From Deltaproteobacteria bacterium (GTDB lineage: Bacteria > Desulfobacterota > GWC2-55-46 > UBA9637), in the NCBI GenBank assembly GCA_016214995.1, contig JACRML010000058.1, positions 4,194-68,193 on the forward strand: a stretch of 64,000 nt of DNA, in the 5' to 3' direction. Under the pieces are notes generated by a model. The model was not told the DNA's origin. It saw nothing but the letters and a program-made list of their open reading frames with translations, and did not search any database. A program made the position numbers and the translations under genes. Shown piece after piece: positions 20,256-28,422 of this stretch (positions within the stretch are counted from its first letter, which is position 1; each line of letters opens with the position of its first letter).

Positions 20256-21200
20256 ATGATGATTAAACGTTACAACTCCCTCTCTGATTTTCTAAAAAAT
20301 AAATTCGGCTGCAAGGTCTTCAAGGTCTCCTTAAATGCAGGCCTCACCTGCCCAAACAGGGACGGCACAAAAGGCAAAGGCGGATGTATTTATTGCAGCT
20401 CTGAACCGATGATGCCTTTGAATTACGATGATAAAATGGGGATACGAGAGCAGCTTTATCAGGGCATTGAATATATAAAACAAAGACATAATGCGGAAAA
20501 ATTTATAGCCTATTTCCAGATAAATACAAATACATATGCGCCTATTTCAAGCCTAAAAAAGTTTTACGAAGAAGCGTTAGACCATCCTGATGTTGTTGGT
20601 CTGGCTGTTTCAACAAGGTCTGATTGCGTGGATAATGAAGTTTTAGATTTGCTGGCAAAGCTTGCAAAAGAAAAATTCCTCTGGCTTGAAATGGGGCTTC
20701 AATCATCTCACAACAAAACCCTTGAACTAATAAACAGGTGTCATACTGCTGAGGATTTTGCCGATGCTGTAAAAATGGCTGACGAGAGAGGCATCCATGT
20801 ATGCGCCCATGTAATCCTCGGCCTTCCCGGAGAAACCAAAGAGGAGATGTTTTCAACAGCCCGCTTTCTGGCCAATCTTGATATATGGGGCATAAAACTG
20901 CATCACCTTCATATACACAAAGGCACGAAACTTGAAGAAATGTATAAGAGGCATGAAATTAAACCCCTTGGGCTCGAGGAATATTCGAATATGGTTGTAG
21001 ATTTTTTACAGGAGATTCCAGAGGATGTTATAATACACAGGCTTTGCGGCGATACAGCAAGAAGGTTTTTGATTGCCCCTGACTGGAGCGTGAATAAATT
21101 TATCATACTTGATAACATTCATAAAATCATGAAACAACGAAACACTTATCAGGGAATAAAAATGAGAGTGCATTGTGAACTGCAAACCGTTCACAGTTAA
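20256..21200 (+). CDS. TIGR01212-type radical SAM protein (YhcC-like)
   Basis: YNSLSDFLKNKFGCKVFKVSLNAGLTCPNRDGTKGKGGCIYCSSE; LPGETKEEM. Confidence 0.92.
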   Translation: MMIKRYNSLSDFLKNKFGCKVFKVSLNAGLTCPNRDGTKGKGGCIYCSSEPMMPLNYDDKMGIREQLYQGIEYIKQRHNAEKFIAYFQINTNTYAPISSLKKFYEEALDHPDVVGLAVSTRSDCVDNEVLDLLAKLAKEKFLWLEMGLQSSHNKTLELINRCHTAEDFADAVKMADERGIHVCAHVILGLPGETKEEMFSTARFLANLDIWGIKLHHLHIHKGTKLEEMYKRHEIKPLGLEEYSNMVVDFLQEIPEDVIIHRLCGDTARRFLIAPDWSVNKFIILDNIHKIMKQRNTYQGIKMRVHCELQTVHS

Positions 21201-21232
21201 CAGTTTACATATTATATCAAAGGAGGTTTTTC

Positions 21233-22303
21233 ATGTCTGATCCACGTGTAGAGAAGCTTGCAGATATTCTCATCAATTATTCGCTTAAGGTAACCAAGGG
21301 GGAACGGGTTCTGATAAACGCATCTTCAGAACTTGCAAAACCGCTTGTTCTGGAGGTGTATAAAAATGTTCTGAAGGCCGGCGGCCACCCAACGGTAAAT
21401 ATTGCATTTGAGGAGATGACAAATATCTTTTACAATCTGGCCGCAAAAGAGCAGCTTCTGGATTTTCCCAAGGCAAAGTTTTTTGAGGCAAAAGGCGTTG
21501 ACTGCGTTGTAAATATAAGGGCTGCGGCAAATAAAAAAGCTCTTTCCAATGTTGACTCAAAGGCAATCAGCATGCGTAGCAAGGTCTTGATGCCCATACA
21601 GGAAGAGATTGTCAACAGGAAGCGGTGGGTGCTTTGTAATTTTCCAACAAATGCCCTGGCACAGGAGACGGATATGTCTTTGGAGGAATATGAAGATTTT
21701 CTCTACGGCGCAACCAATATAGACTGGGAAAAGGTCAAAAAAGAGGAGATGAAACTTAAGCTGGTTCTGGATAAAGGAAAGATTGTAAGGATAGTTGGTA
21801 AGGACACGGATTTGACTATGAGCATTAAAGGGAGAAAGGCCATCCCATGTTTCGGAGAAAGGAATATGCCGGACGGCGAGGTGTTTTTGTCTCCTGTAGA
21901 AAATTCTGCTGAAGGTAAAATCTACTACGACCTGCCTGCTATATATCAGGGGAAAGAGGTTTTGGGGATTCATCTTAAATTCAAGAAAGGCAAGGTTGTT
22001 GAGGCATCGGCTGAAAAAAACGAAAAATTCCTTATTGCAATGCTGGATACAGACAAAGGGGGGCGGTATCTAGGCGAATTAGGCATTGGCACAAACTATG
22101 GCATAAGGCATTTTTCCAAGGATATTTTATTTGACGAAAAGATAGGCGGCACGGTTCATCTGGCTGTAGGCAGGTCGTATAAAGACGCCGGCGGCAAAAA
22201 TGAGTCTGCAATCCACTGGGATATGATAAAGGACTTGAGAAACGGCGGGGCGATTTATGTGGACGGAAGACTTATCCAGAAAAACGGGAGGTTTTGCTAT
22301 TAG
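21233..22303 (+). CDS. M29 family aminopeptidase
   Basis: Conserved FPTNALAQ, NMPDGEVFLSPVENSAEG, ELGIGTNYGI, NESAIHWDMI. Confidence 0.9.
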   Translation: MSDPRVEKLADILINYSLKVTKGERVLINASSELAKPLVLEVYKNVLKAGGHPTVNIAFEEMTNIFYNLAAKEQLLDFPKAKFFEAKGVDCVVNIRAAANKKALSNVDSKAISMRSKVLMPIQEEIVNRKRWVLCNFPTNALAQETDMSLEEYEDFLYGATNIDWEKVKKEEMKLKLVLDKGKIVRIVGKDTDLTMSIKGRKAIPCFGERNMPDGEVFLSPVENSAEGKIYYDLPAIYQGKEVLGIHLKFKKGKVVEASAEKNEKFLIAMLDTDKGGRYLGELGIGTNYGIRHFSKDILFDEKIGGTVHLAVGRSYKDAGGKNESAIHWDMIKDLRNGGAIYVDGRLIQKNGRFCY

Positions 22304-22667
22304 TAAAATCGCCAACCTCAGTTACAGCTTTCACAATGTCCATGGGCTTAAAGGGTTTCAACAGATACTTAACTCCTGTCTCATTTAAAAACATAAATGT
22401 TTCCATATCGTCATTTCCCGTTATAAACAATACCCTCTGTTTCATGGACGGTATCTTTTCTATGAGTTTCCTATAAAATTCTATTCCGCTCATTACAGGC
22501 ATATCAATATCGCTTATTATGATGTCGTATTCCCTGCTATATGCCATCTTCAATCCTCCCGCACCATTGCTGGCAGCATCAACCTCATAACCCTCTTTGC
22601 AGAATATGATTGCAAGAAGTTCAAGGATAATATGCTCGTCATCTATTATAAGAATACGCCTTCCCAT
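22272..22667 (-). CDS. CheY-like response regulator receiver protein
   Basis: RILIIDDEHIILELL...DIIISDIDMPVMSG...KYLLKPF. Confidence 0.92.
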   Translation of the reverse strand: MGRRILIIDDEHIILELLAIIFCKEGYEVDAASNGAGGLKMAYSREYDIIISDIDMPVMSGIEFYRKLIEKIPSMKQRVLFITGNDDMETFMFLNETGVKYLLKPFKPMDIVKAVTEVGDFTNSKTSRFSG

Positions 22668-22886
22668 TATGATATTACCTCCTGCAAACAGGTTGTGATT
22701 TCAAATATTCTTTTCTTTACCCCCGACCCACCCCTTTATCCCCTCCCTGGAGGGGAAGGGGGTGGGTCATTGCCTTCATCGGACTTTGAGAATATAAAAC
22801 CGCAATGGGGGCATGGGTTTGGCTCATAAGGGGCTGCAGTCCATGAGTGATTCTTGCATTTTGGGCATATCATCTTTTCTGCCATC

Positions 22887-23198
22887 TTATTCGCCTTTTA
22901 CCGCCTTTAGCCCCGAAGGTCTCTTGAGCTTGAATTTCAGTTCGCCGTGCGGCCATTCTTCAAACTTTTCAAATGAAGCAAGTCCGTATCTTTCAAGGGA
23001 AGCCATACTTGATTTAAGCTTCCTGAGCGCCGTCAATCTCCTCCCTATCTTTTCTATTTCTCTAAAGTTTATTTTGCACGAGACATCAATATCGTCCGCG
23101 CTTGCAAGGAGCAGTATGTATAGCTTTAACTCTCCATTTGACAGGAGATGGAAAAAATTTGAGCCGCTGAGATATCGCAAGAGTTCCACCTTGTCCAT
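22887..23198 (-). CDS. Hypothetical small protein, winged-helix-like
   Basis: ORF integrity; LSNGELKLYILLLASAD...LTALRKLKSSMASLERYGL. Confidence 0.4.
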   Translation of the reverse strand: MDKVELLRYLSGSNFFHLLSNGELKLYILLLASADDIDVSCKINFREIEKIGRRLTALRKLKSSMASLERYGLASFEKFEEWPHGELKFKLKRPSGLKAVKGE

Positions 23199-23373
23199 AA
23201 ATGCAGTTTCCCCTTTTTTACTCTGATAAAAACTGCCTGATTACACTCAACGAGCCGCAGAATTGGTTATCAAAATAGGATAAATAATCTAGATTGTCAA
23301 GTAAAAAAGGATAATATGAATTGGAATTCATTTGAGTTGACAATATATAAGAAAGGGGATATTTTAAGTTCCT

Positions 23374-23799
23374 ATGGCGATACAAGAAAAGATAGGTAAA
23401 AGACTGCGGGAGATAAGGTTTTCTAAAGGGCTTACCCAGAAGACTATGGCTCAAATGGCAGGGGTAGACTACACATACATAGGAAAAATAGAACGCGCTG
23501 AACAACTTCCATCCCTCGGGGTTCTTATAAAGATATCTGAAGCTCTTTCGTTGCCGCTTGACCGTTTCATTATGGATGAGTCAACCTTGAGGTTGATTAA
23601 TCTCCTGCCCGGAGAGGGTTACAGAGTCGTTCGGAAAAAAGAAATCTGGGATCTCTTGAAAGCGCTGGAAAATATCCACGAGGAAGATATCCCTCTTCTC
23701 ATAGAGATAGTCAGTGTCCTGAAAAAGCATCGGGAGAAAAGGGGGAGGCTGCCCATGGTAGCTGAACTACCTGAAGCATACAGGAAACGGAAGAAGTAA
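23374..23799 (+). CDS. XRE-family HTH transcriptional regulator
   Basis: KRLREIRFSKGLTQKTMAQMAGVDYTYIGKIERAEQLPS. Confidence 0.93.
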   Translation: MAIQEKIGKRLREIRFSKGLTQKTMAQMAGVDYTYIGKIERAEQLPSLGVLIKISEALSLPLDRFIMDESTLRLINLLPGEGYRVVRKKEIWDLLKALENIHEEDIPLLIEIVSVLKKHREKRGRLPMVAELPEAYRKRKK

Positions 23800-23817
23800 G
23801 AAACCACAGATAATTTA

Positions 23818-24094
23818 CCCAAAAATAGACATTGATTTTTGGGGAAACCTGCAAGTTGCCTGCCAGACAACACACCCCTAAATCCCCTCTCGAGAGGGGA
23901 CTAAAGGGGTGTGTTATTTACGACGAGCCCTCCCCCTTTATCCCCCTCATGGAGGGGGACAGGGGAGGATACGGTGAGGAGTAAAAATTGGCCGATAACG
24001 AAGTATGGCAGGCAAATCGGCTGGCTCCACTTGCTGCGAAGCAATTGCAAGTGGAAGATGTAAAATAGCGAGTGTTTCAATCGCTATTTTACGG
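23818..24094 (+). repeat. Structured intergenic repeat family, copy B (two nested palindromic expansions)
   Basis: CCCAAAAATAGACATTGATTTTTGGGG ... ATCGCTATTTTACGG; matches copies A, C, D. Confidence 0.92.
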
Positions 24095-24103
24095 TTTAAA
24101 ACA

Positions 24104-25450
24104 ATGAATAATAGCTATGATGTTATCATAGCAGGCGCTGGACCTGCGGGCATCTTTGCAGCGCTTGAGCTCCTTTCTGCCAAAAAGAACCTCAAGATTC
24201 TTCTTTTGGAAAAAGGCGAAGATCTGCCTGACAGAAAATCTAATGATATATTTCAGGGCTGGGGCGGGGCAGGCACATTCAGCGATGGGAAGCTCAATCT
24301 TTCTACCGGTGTCGGAGGGTTTTTAAATGAATATATCGGGGAAGATGAGCTTGAATCCCTTATAGATTATGTTGACAGGATATTTTTAAAATATGGCGCA
24401 CCTGCTGAACTCCACGGCACAGACGAGGAAGAGGTAAAGAGGCTGGAGGAGATTTCTGCAAGAAACGGGCTTAAGCTTGTGCCGTTTAAGATAAGACATC
24501 TTGGCACAGACAGATGTTTCTCGCTTTTAAAAAATTTAAGGGAAGAGGTAAATGCAAAAATTGATATTCAATTCAACGCCGAGGCAGTTGAGATATGTAA
24601 GCAAGACCATAAAGCGGCCGGCGTCAAAACCAGCGATGGCAGAGAGTTTCTTGGAGATTTTGTAATCCTTGCCCCGGGCAGAAGCGGCTCCCACTGGCTG
24701 AGCGAAGAATCAAAAAGGCTCGGCCTTTCCACAGGCAATAACCCTGTTGATATCGGCGTAAGGGTTGAGGTGGCTGCCTCCATCATGAGACCGATAACAG
24801 ATGTGATGCACGAGGCAAAACTTTTATTTTACTCCAAACGGTTTGACGATTTGGTAAGGACATTCTGCATGAACCCTTACGGCGTTGTGGTAAAAGAAAA
24901 ACACAAAGACTTCTGCACAGTGAACGGCCACAGCTTTTCTACAAAAAAGACCAATAATACAAACTTTGCAATTCTTGCCTCTACAACATTTACAGAGCCA
25001 TTCCATGAACCGATCGCCTACGGCCAGTATATTGCAAAACTCGTCAATCTCCTCGGCGAAGGCATTATCGTTCAGAGACTCGGAGACCTGCTGCAAGGCA
25101 GAAGGTCTACTCCTGACAGGATAAAAAAGGGGAGCGTTAAGCCAACATTGGCAGATGCGACACCCGGCGACCTTTCCTTTGCAATCCCATACCGATATAT
25201 AGCAGATATACTTGAAATGCTGGAGGCGCTGGATAAGGTTGCACCCGGCGTATATTCTACATCTACCCTCCTCTATGGCGCAGAGGTAAAATTCTATTCA
25301 ATGAGGCTCAAGCTTACAAACAATCTTGAAACAGAGATTAAAAACCTGTTTGCAGCAGGCGACGGCGCAGGAATCACAAGAGGCATTATCCATGCAGCAG
25401 TGTCCGGGGTGGTGGCGGCGAGGGAGATTCTGAAAAGAATTGGAAAATGA
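24104..25450 (+). CDS. NAD(P)/FAD-dependent oxidoreductase
   Basis: MNNSYDVIIAGAGPAGIFAALELL; LFAAGDGAGITRGI; track ORF 24005 extends 33 codons into repeat copy B. Confidence 0.85.
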   Translation: MNNSYDVIIAGAGPAGIFAALELLSAKKNLKILLLEKGEDLPDRKSNDIFQGWGGAGTFSDGKLNLSTGVGGFLNEYIGEDELESLIDYVDRIFLKYGAPAELHGTDEEEVKRLEEISARNGLKLVPFKIRHLGTDRCFSLLKNLREEVNAKIDIQFNAEAVEICKQDHKAAGVKTSDGREFLGDFVILAPGRSGSHWLSEESKRLGLSTGNNPVDIGVRVEVAASIMRPITDVMHEAKLLFYSKRFDDLVRTFCMNPYGVVVKEKHKDFCTVNGHSFSTKKTNNTNFAILASTTFTEPFHEPIAYGQYIAKLVNLLGEGIIVQRLGDLLQGRRSTPDRIKKGSVKPTLADATPGDLSFAIPYRYIADILEMLEALDKVAPGVYSTSTLLYGAEVKFYSMRLKLTNNLETEIKNLFAAGDGAGITRGIIHAAVSGVVAAREILKRIGK

Positions 25451-25553
25451 GCAACTGATTGAAGATATATGGCTATTGCTTGACTTGTGCCATGCAATTA
25501 GAGAAAACTTGTTAAATATATAGTTAGCCCGCTTCAGATGTTTCAAATATGCA

Positions 25554-26111
25554 ATGAGAGCCACTGACCCCATACGCACCAAGTTCCGCGAAGCCAAATA
25601 CCATTTGGAACGACTCACAGACATCGAGAAGATGAAGGAGTTTTACCCGACGGTAAATGCCTTTCTATCTGCTGCTCGAAGCGTCCTGTCGGTGGCGTGT
25701 CACGAATTGGGCTGGAAAGAAAGACTTTCTTGCTATCGTACAGGGTTTACGACAAATCAGGAAGGCGAACGCAAGCAATACGATGCATGGTTTGAATCAT
25801 CAACTGAGGCAAAGGCGGTTCTTGATCATCCACTTGCTAAAGAGCGGCACGTCGTCATTCACCGCAGTGGTCGAGCTGGTTTCTTCCATGTCCCGAAACC
25901 AATCGGTGGTTTGGCAATCGCCGAGGGAGATGCCCATGGTCCGGGTCTCGTTATTCGTAGAGGACGTGCAACACTTCCTCTCGAAGACAGCAATCTCTTC
26001 TTCTATGAAGACCCCTGTGGCACAAGGCATGGCGCAGTCGCATATTGCATGGAGTATTTCCAACTGATCGAAGCGTTCTTTCGCGAGGTGAAGCAACCAC
26101 CATGGCGATAA
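25554..26111 (+). CDS. Hypothetical protein, probable integron-cassette ORF
   Basis: Intact 185-aa ORF with richer GC than neighbours, bracketed by GTTAG sites and followed by an attC-like palindrome. Confidence 0.5.
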   Translation: MRATDPIRTKFREAKYHLERLTDIEKMKEFYPTVNAFLSAARSVLSVACHELGWKERLSCYRTGFTTNQEGERKQYDAWFESSTEAKAVLDHPLAKERHVVIHRSGRAGFFHVPKPIGGLAIAEGDAHGPGLVIRRGRATLPLEDSNLFFYEDPCGTRHGAVAYCMEYFQLIEAFFREVKQPPWR

Positions 26112-26122
26112 TCTGAGAAAGC

Positions 26123-26189
26123 GGGCTGACAACGGCGTGCAACAGACTGGCCTGCGGCCTCGGCCAGCCGCTGACGCCGACCGTTAGGA
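26123..26189 (+). other. attC-like recombination site (candidate)
   Basis: GGGCTGACAACGGCGTGCAACAGACTGGCC-TGCGGCCT-CGGCCAGCCGCTGACGCCGACCGTTAGGA: imperfect palindrome ending in a GTTAGG core-like site. Confidence 0.45.
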
Positions 26190-26304
26190 CTTAGAGGAAC
26201 GAGGGTAACAGGCCGTACTTTCTTGCCATTACGAAATATATTGACCTCATTGCACGTCCACTTCGCATAGTATTTGTCAGAAAATGCAAATGCATTTTCT
26301 TGGA

Positions 26305-26607
26305 TTAGCAGCACTCTCCTGCAGTATCCCCGCACCCGCAGGAAGGCTTGCCTCCGGTAACCATGCCGTTTATGATCGCGGCTGCGCAGCCCACGCCGGC
26401 ATTCACAGCTATGGCCCCGAAGGCGCAGTTTCTCGCGCATGCGCCGCATTCCATGCACCTGTCCTTATCGCTTAATGCAGCCTTTTTGCCGCTCATAACA
26501 AAGACCGCATGAGGACACACCTCAACGCACCTTTCGCAGCCGGTGCATGCATCCGGAAAAAACCCAAGGCTTGTCACATTGGTAAGATATTTCATAAAAT
26601 ACCCCAC
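26305..26607 (-). CDS. hgcB: HgcB, ferredoxin-like mercury methylation partner
   Basis: Two 4Fe-4S motifs CTGCERCVEVCP and CMECGACARNCAFGAI, C-terminal vicinal cysteines GECC, directly downstream of hgcA. Confidence 0.92.
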   Translation of the reverse strand: MGYFMKYLTNVTSLGFFPDACTGCERCVEVCPHAVFVMSGKKAALSDKDRCMECGACARNCAFGAIAVNAGVGCAAAIINGMVTGGKPSCGCGDTAGECC

Positions 26608-27653
26608 TCTTTCAGTTTGAAAAAGACCAGCAAGACAAAGGAAATAAAAGCGCCTGACATATAGATCGGCAAGGCGAACCTGAGTTCCTTTTTAACGCCG
26701 GACATGCCGGTAAAAACGGTTGAACCTGTAAATTGCAGGGCAATATACGAGCTTGCCAGCGGAAAGAATAAAAATGAAAAAACAGCGGCAGGCGCGGCAA
26801 TGGAAATATTTTGTATGCCAAGAAAGGTGAAAACGAGCCCGGCAATCCAGCCTTTAACGGCAAATGACCTGAACGGCACAAAAGGAAGCAGCAGCGGCGT
26901 AACCAATGCGCCTGTCAGAACCGCCAAAAATCCGAGAAAGATAAACGGCAGTCCGTTTGCCAGGCCATCTTTGAATATGATTCCCGACGGCTTCAGGCCC
27001 ATGATGAAAAATATGAGCGCCGCATAAATCGCGTATATTTTAATGGCCGGGATCATCTCCATAGGCGTAAGAACCAGCCTGTCCCACACGGTGAACTTAA
27101 CCCTGCGCATTTCTTCTGTCGTCTGATACCCTGCTTCAACATAGCGCCGGATATCCCGCGCGTCAACAGGGCCGTAATAAACCCTGAATCCGGTTTTTTG
27201 TTGAACAATATGGGCCGCAATCCCCGGCGCACCCAATTGCGGCGCGATAATTCTTTTATGGCTCACAACATTTTCCAATTGCGACGCGCCAATCCGTTTT
27301 ATGAGTTCATCCGTGCCGAATGTGCCTTTGCCTGCCGCGCACCAGACATTGATGCCTTTTGTGTCCAGCACGAGAATCCAGACATTCATCCCCTTTAAAG
27401 AGCGCCTCAAGATATCAAAGCTCATTTTATAATTGGCGCTCACAAACACATCGGAATTTTTATCGGGATTGCCCGCAGTGTAGAGGCCGGGCTTAACCGC
27501 ATATCTCATGCGCAGTCCGCTTATCCTGCATCTGAAGTGATCCAGATATTCCCGAAGAGTCCAATCGGACGATACTGCTGCGGCTAAAGGCGCTGTAGCA
27601 GCATTCTTTGCGCAGCAGGGAGATGACATCTTCTTTGCTTCTGATTTCAGCAT
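26592..27653 (-). CDS. hgcA: HgcA, corrinoid-dependent mercury methyltransferase
   Basis: Signature GINVWCAAGKGTFGTDEL (cap-helix N(V/I)WCA(A/G)GK) in the corrinoid domain plus C-terminal TM domain of 4-5 helices; paired with hgcB. Confidence 0.96.
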   Translation of the reverse strand: MLKSEAKKMSSPCCAKNAATAPLAAAVSSDWTLREYLDHFRCRISGLRMRYAVKPGLYTAGNPDKNSDVFVSANYKMSFDILRRSLKGMNVWILVLDTKGINVWCAAGKGTFGTDELIKRIGASQLENVVSHKRIIAPQLGAPGIAAHIVQQKTGFRVYYGPVDARDIRRYVEAGYQTTEEMRRVKFTVWDRLVLTPMEMIPAIKIYAIYAALIFFIMGLKPSGIIFKDGLANGLPFIFLGFLAVLTGALVTPLLLPFVPFRSFAVKGWIAGLVFTFLGIQNISIAAPAAVFSFLFFPLASSYIALQFTGSTVFTGMSGVKKELRFALPIYMSGAFISFVLLVFFKLKEWGIL

Positions 27654-27722
27654 GTTCAGTTCAACCTCCTAAAAAACTTTTGTGCTGTCAGGAGTTGCCC
27701 CCTGACGGCAAGCAGCGCCGCC

Positions 27723-27974
27723 TTAACCACAGCCGCACCCTTTTTCCAATGCGCCTGCGTTCGCTTCGGCCGGCTTGAATACAGTTGAACCGAACTGATC
27801 CATCTTGGTCATTGCGCCCTTTCTTACCATCTTCGCTATTGTAATTGCCTCTCCAATCTCCTGCTCACCTGCCCCATTTTCTTTCGCCTTACCGACATGG
27901 TAGCTTAAACAGGGCTGGCAATTTGCCGTAACTGATGCGCCGACTGCTATCAGTTCTTTGATTCTGTTATCCAT
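27723..27974 (-). CDS. Carboxymuconolactone decarboxylase/AhpD-like protein with CQPC and Cys-rich tail
   Basis: ANCQPCLSYHVGKAKENGAGEQEIGEAITIAKMVRKGA ... EKGCGCG; RBS GGAGG. Confidence 0.85.
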   Translation of the reverse strand: MDNRIKELIAVGASVTANCQPCLSYHVGKAKENGAGEQEIGEAITIAKMVRKGAMTKMDQFGSTVFKPAEANAGALEKGCGCG

Positions 27975-27976
27975 AA

Positions 27977-28138
27977 TTAGCCTCCTTCATCATCTTTCTT
28001 ATACAGATTATCTGTATTCTGCATATTATGTCTTCCCATCATACAACCCATTCTTCTCATCATGAGGAAACACAAAATGAGCATAGCAACAGGAAATATC
28101 CACCAGAATCCATATCCAATCCCTCCGCATGTAAACAT
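27977..28138 (-). CDS. 53-aa single-TM Met/Cys-containing small protein (absent from ORF track)
   Basis: Own translation: MFTCGGIGYGFWWIFPVAMLILCFLMMRRMGCMMGRHNMQNTDNLYKKDDEGG*; its stop is 2 nt from the CMD gene ATG. Confidence 0.6.
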   Translation of the reverse strand: MFTCGGIGYGFWWIFPVAMLILCFLMMRRMGCMMGRHNMQNTDNLYKKDDEGG

Positions 28139-28204
28139 GGCGCATCACTTCCTTTCTAATCTTATAGACGGAGGTCAGTCAGAAAAGGATACACCTACTT
28201 CTTC

Positions 28205-28422
28205 CCGTAAAATAGCAATTAAAAACCTCGCTACTTTACAAACCTGCGATTTGCCCGCCATACTTCGTTACCGGACAATTTTTACTCCTCACCGTATCGG
28301 TGAACATACGGCTCGTTGTAAATAACACACCCCTTTAGTCCCCCTCTCGAGAGGGGATTTAGGGGTGTGTTGTCTGGCAGGCAACTTGCAGGTTTCCCCA
28401 AAAATCAAAGTCTATTTTTGGG
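28205..28422 (-). repeat. Structured intergenic repeat family, copy C (minus orientation, one internal hairpin missing)
   Basis: Reverse complement reads CCCAAAAATAGACTTTGATTTTTGGGG...ATACGGTGAGGAGTAAAAATTG...GTAAAGTAGCGAGGTTTTTAATTGCTATTTTACGG. Confidence 0.92.

Noticed and set aside
28062-28325. 87-aa plus-strand ORF over the hgc upstream region
   Set aside because: Composition is not protein-like, it runs antisense to the 53-aa TM ORF and through repeat copy C; the minus-strand frame fits the operon better.
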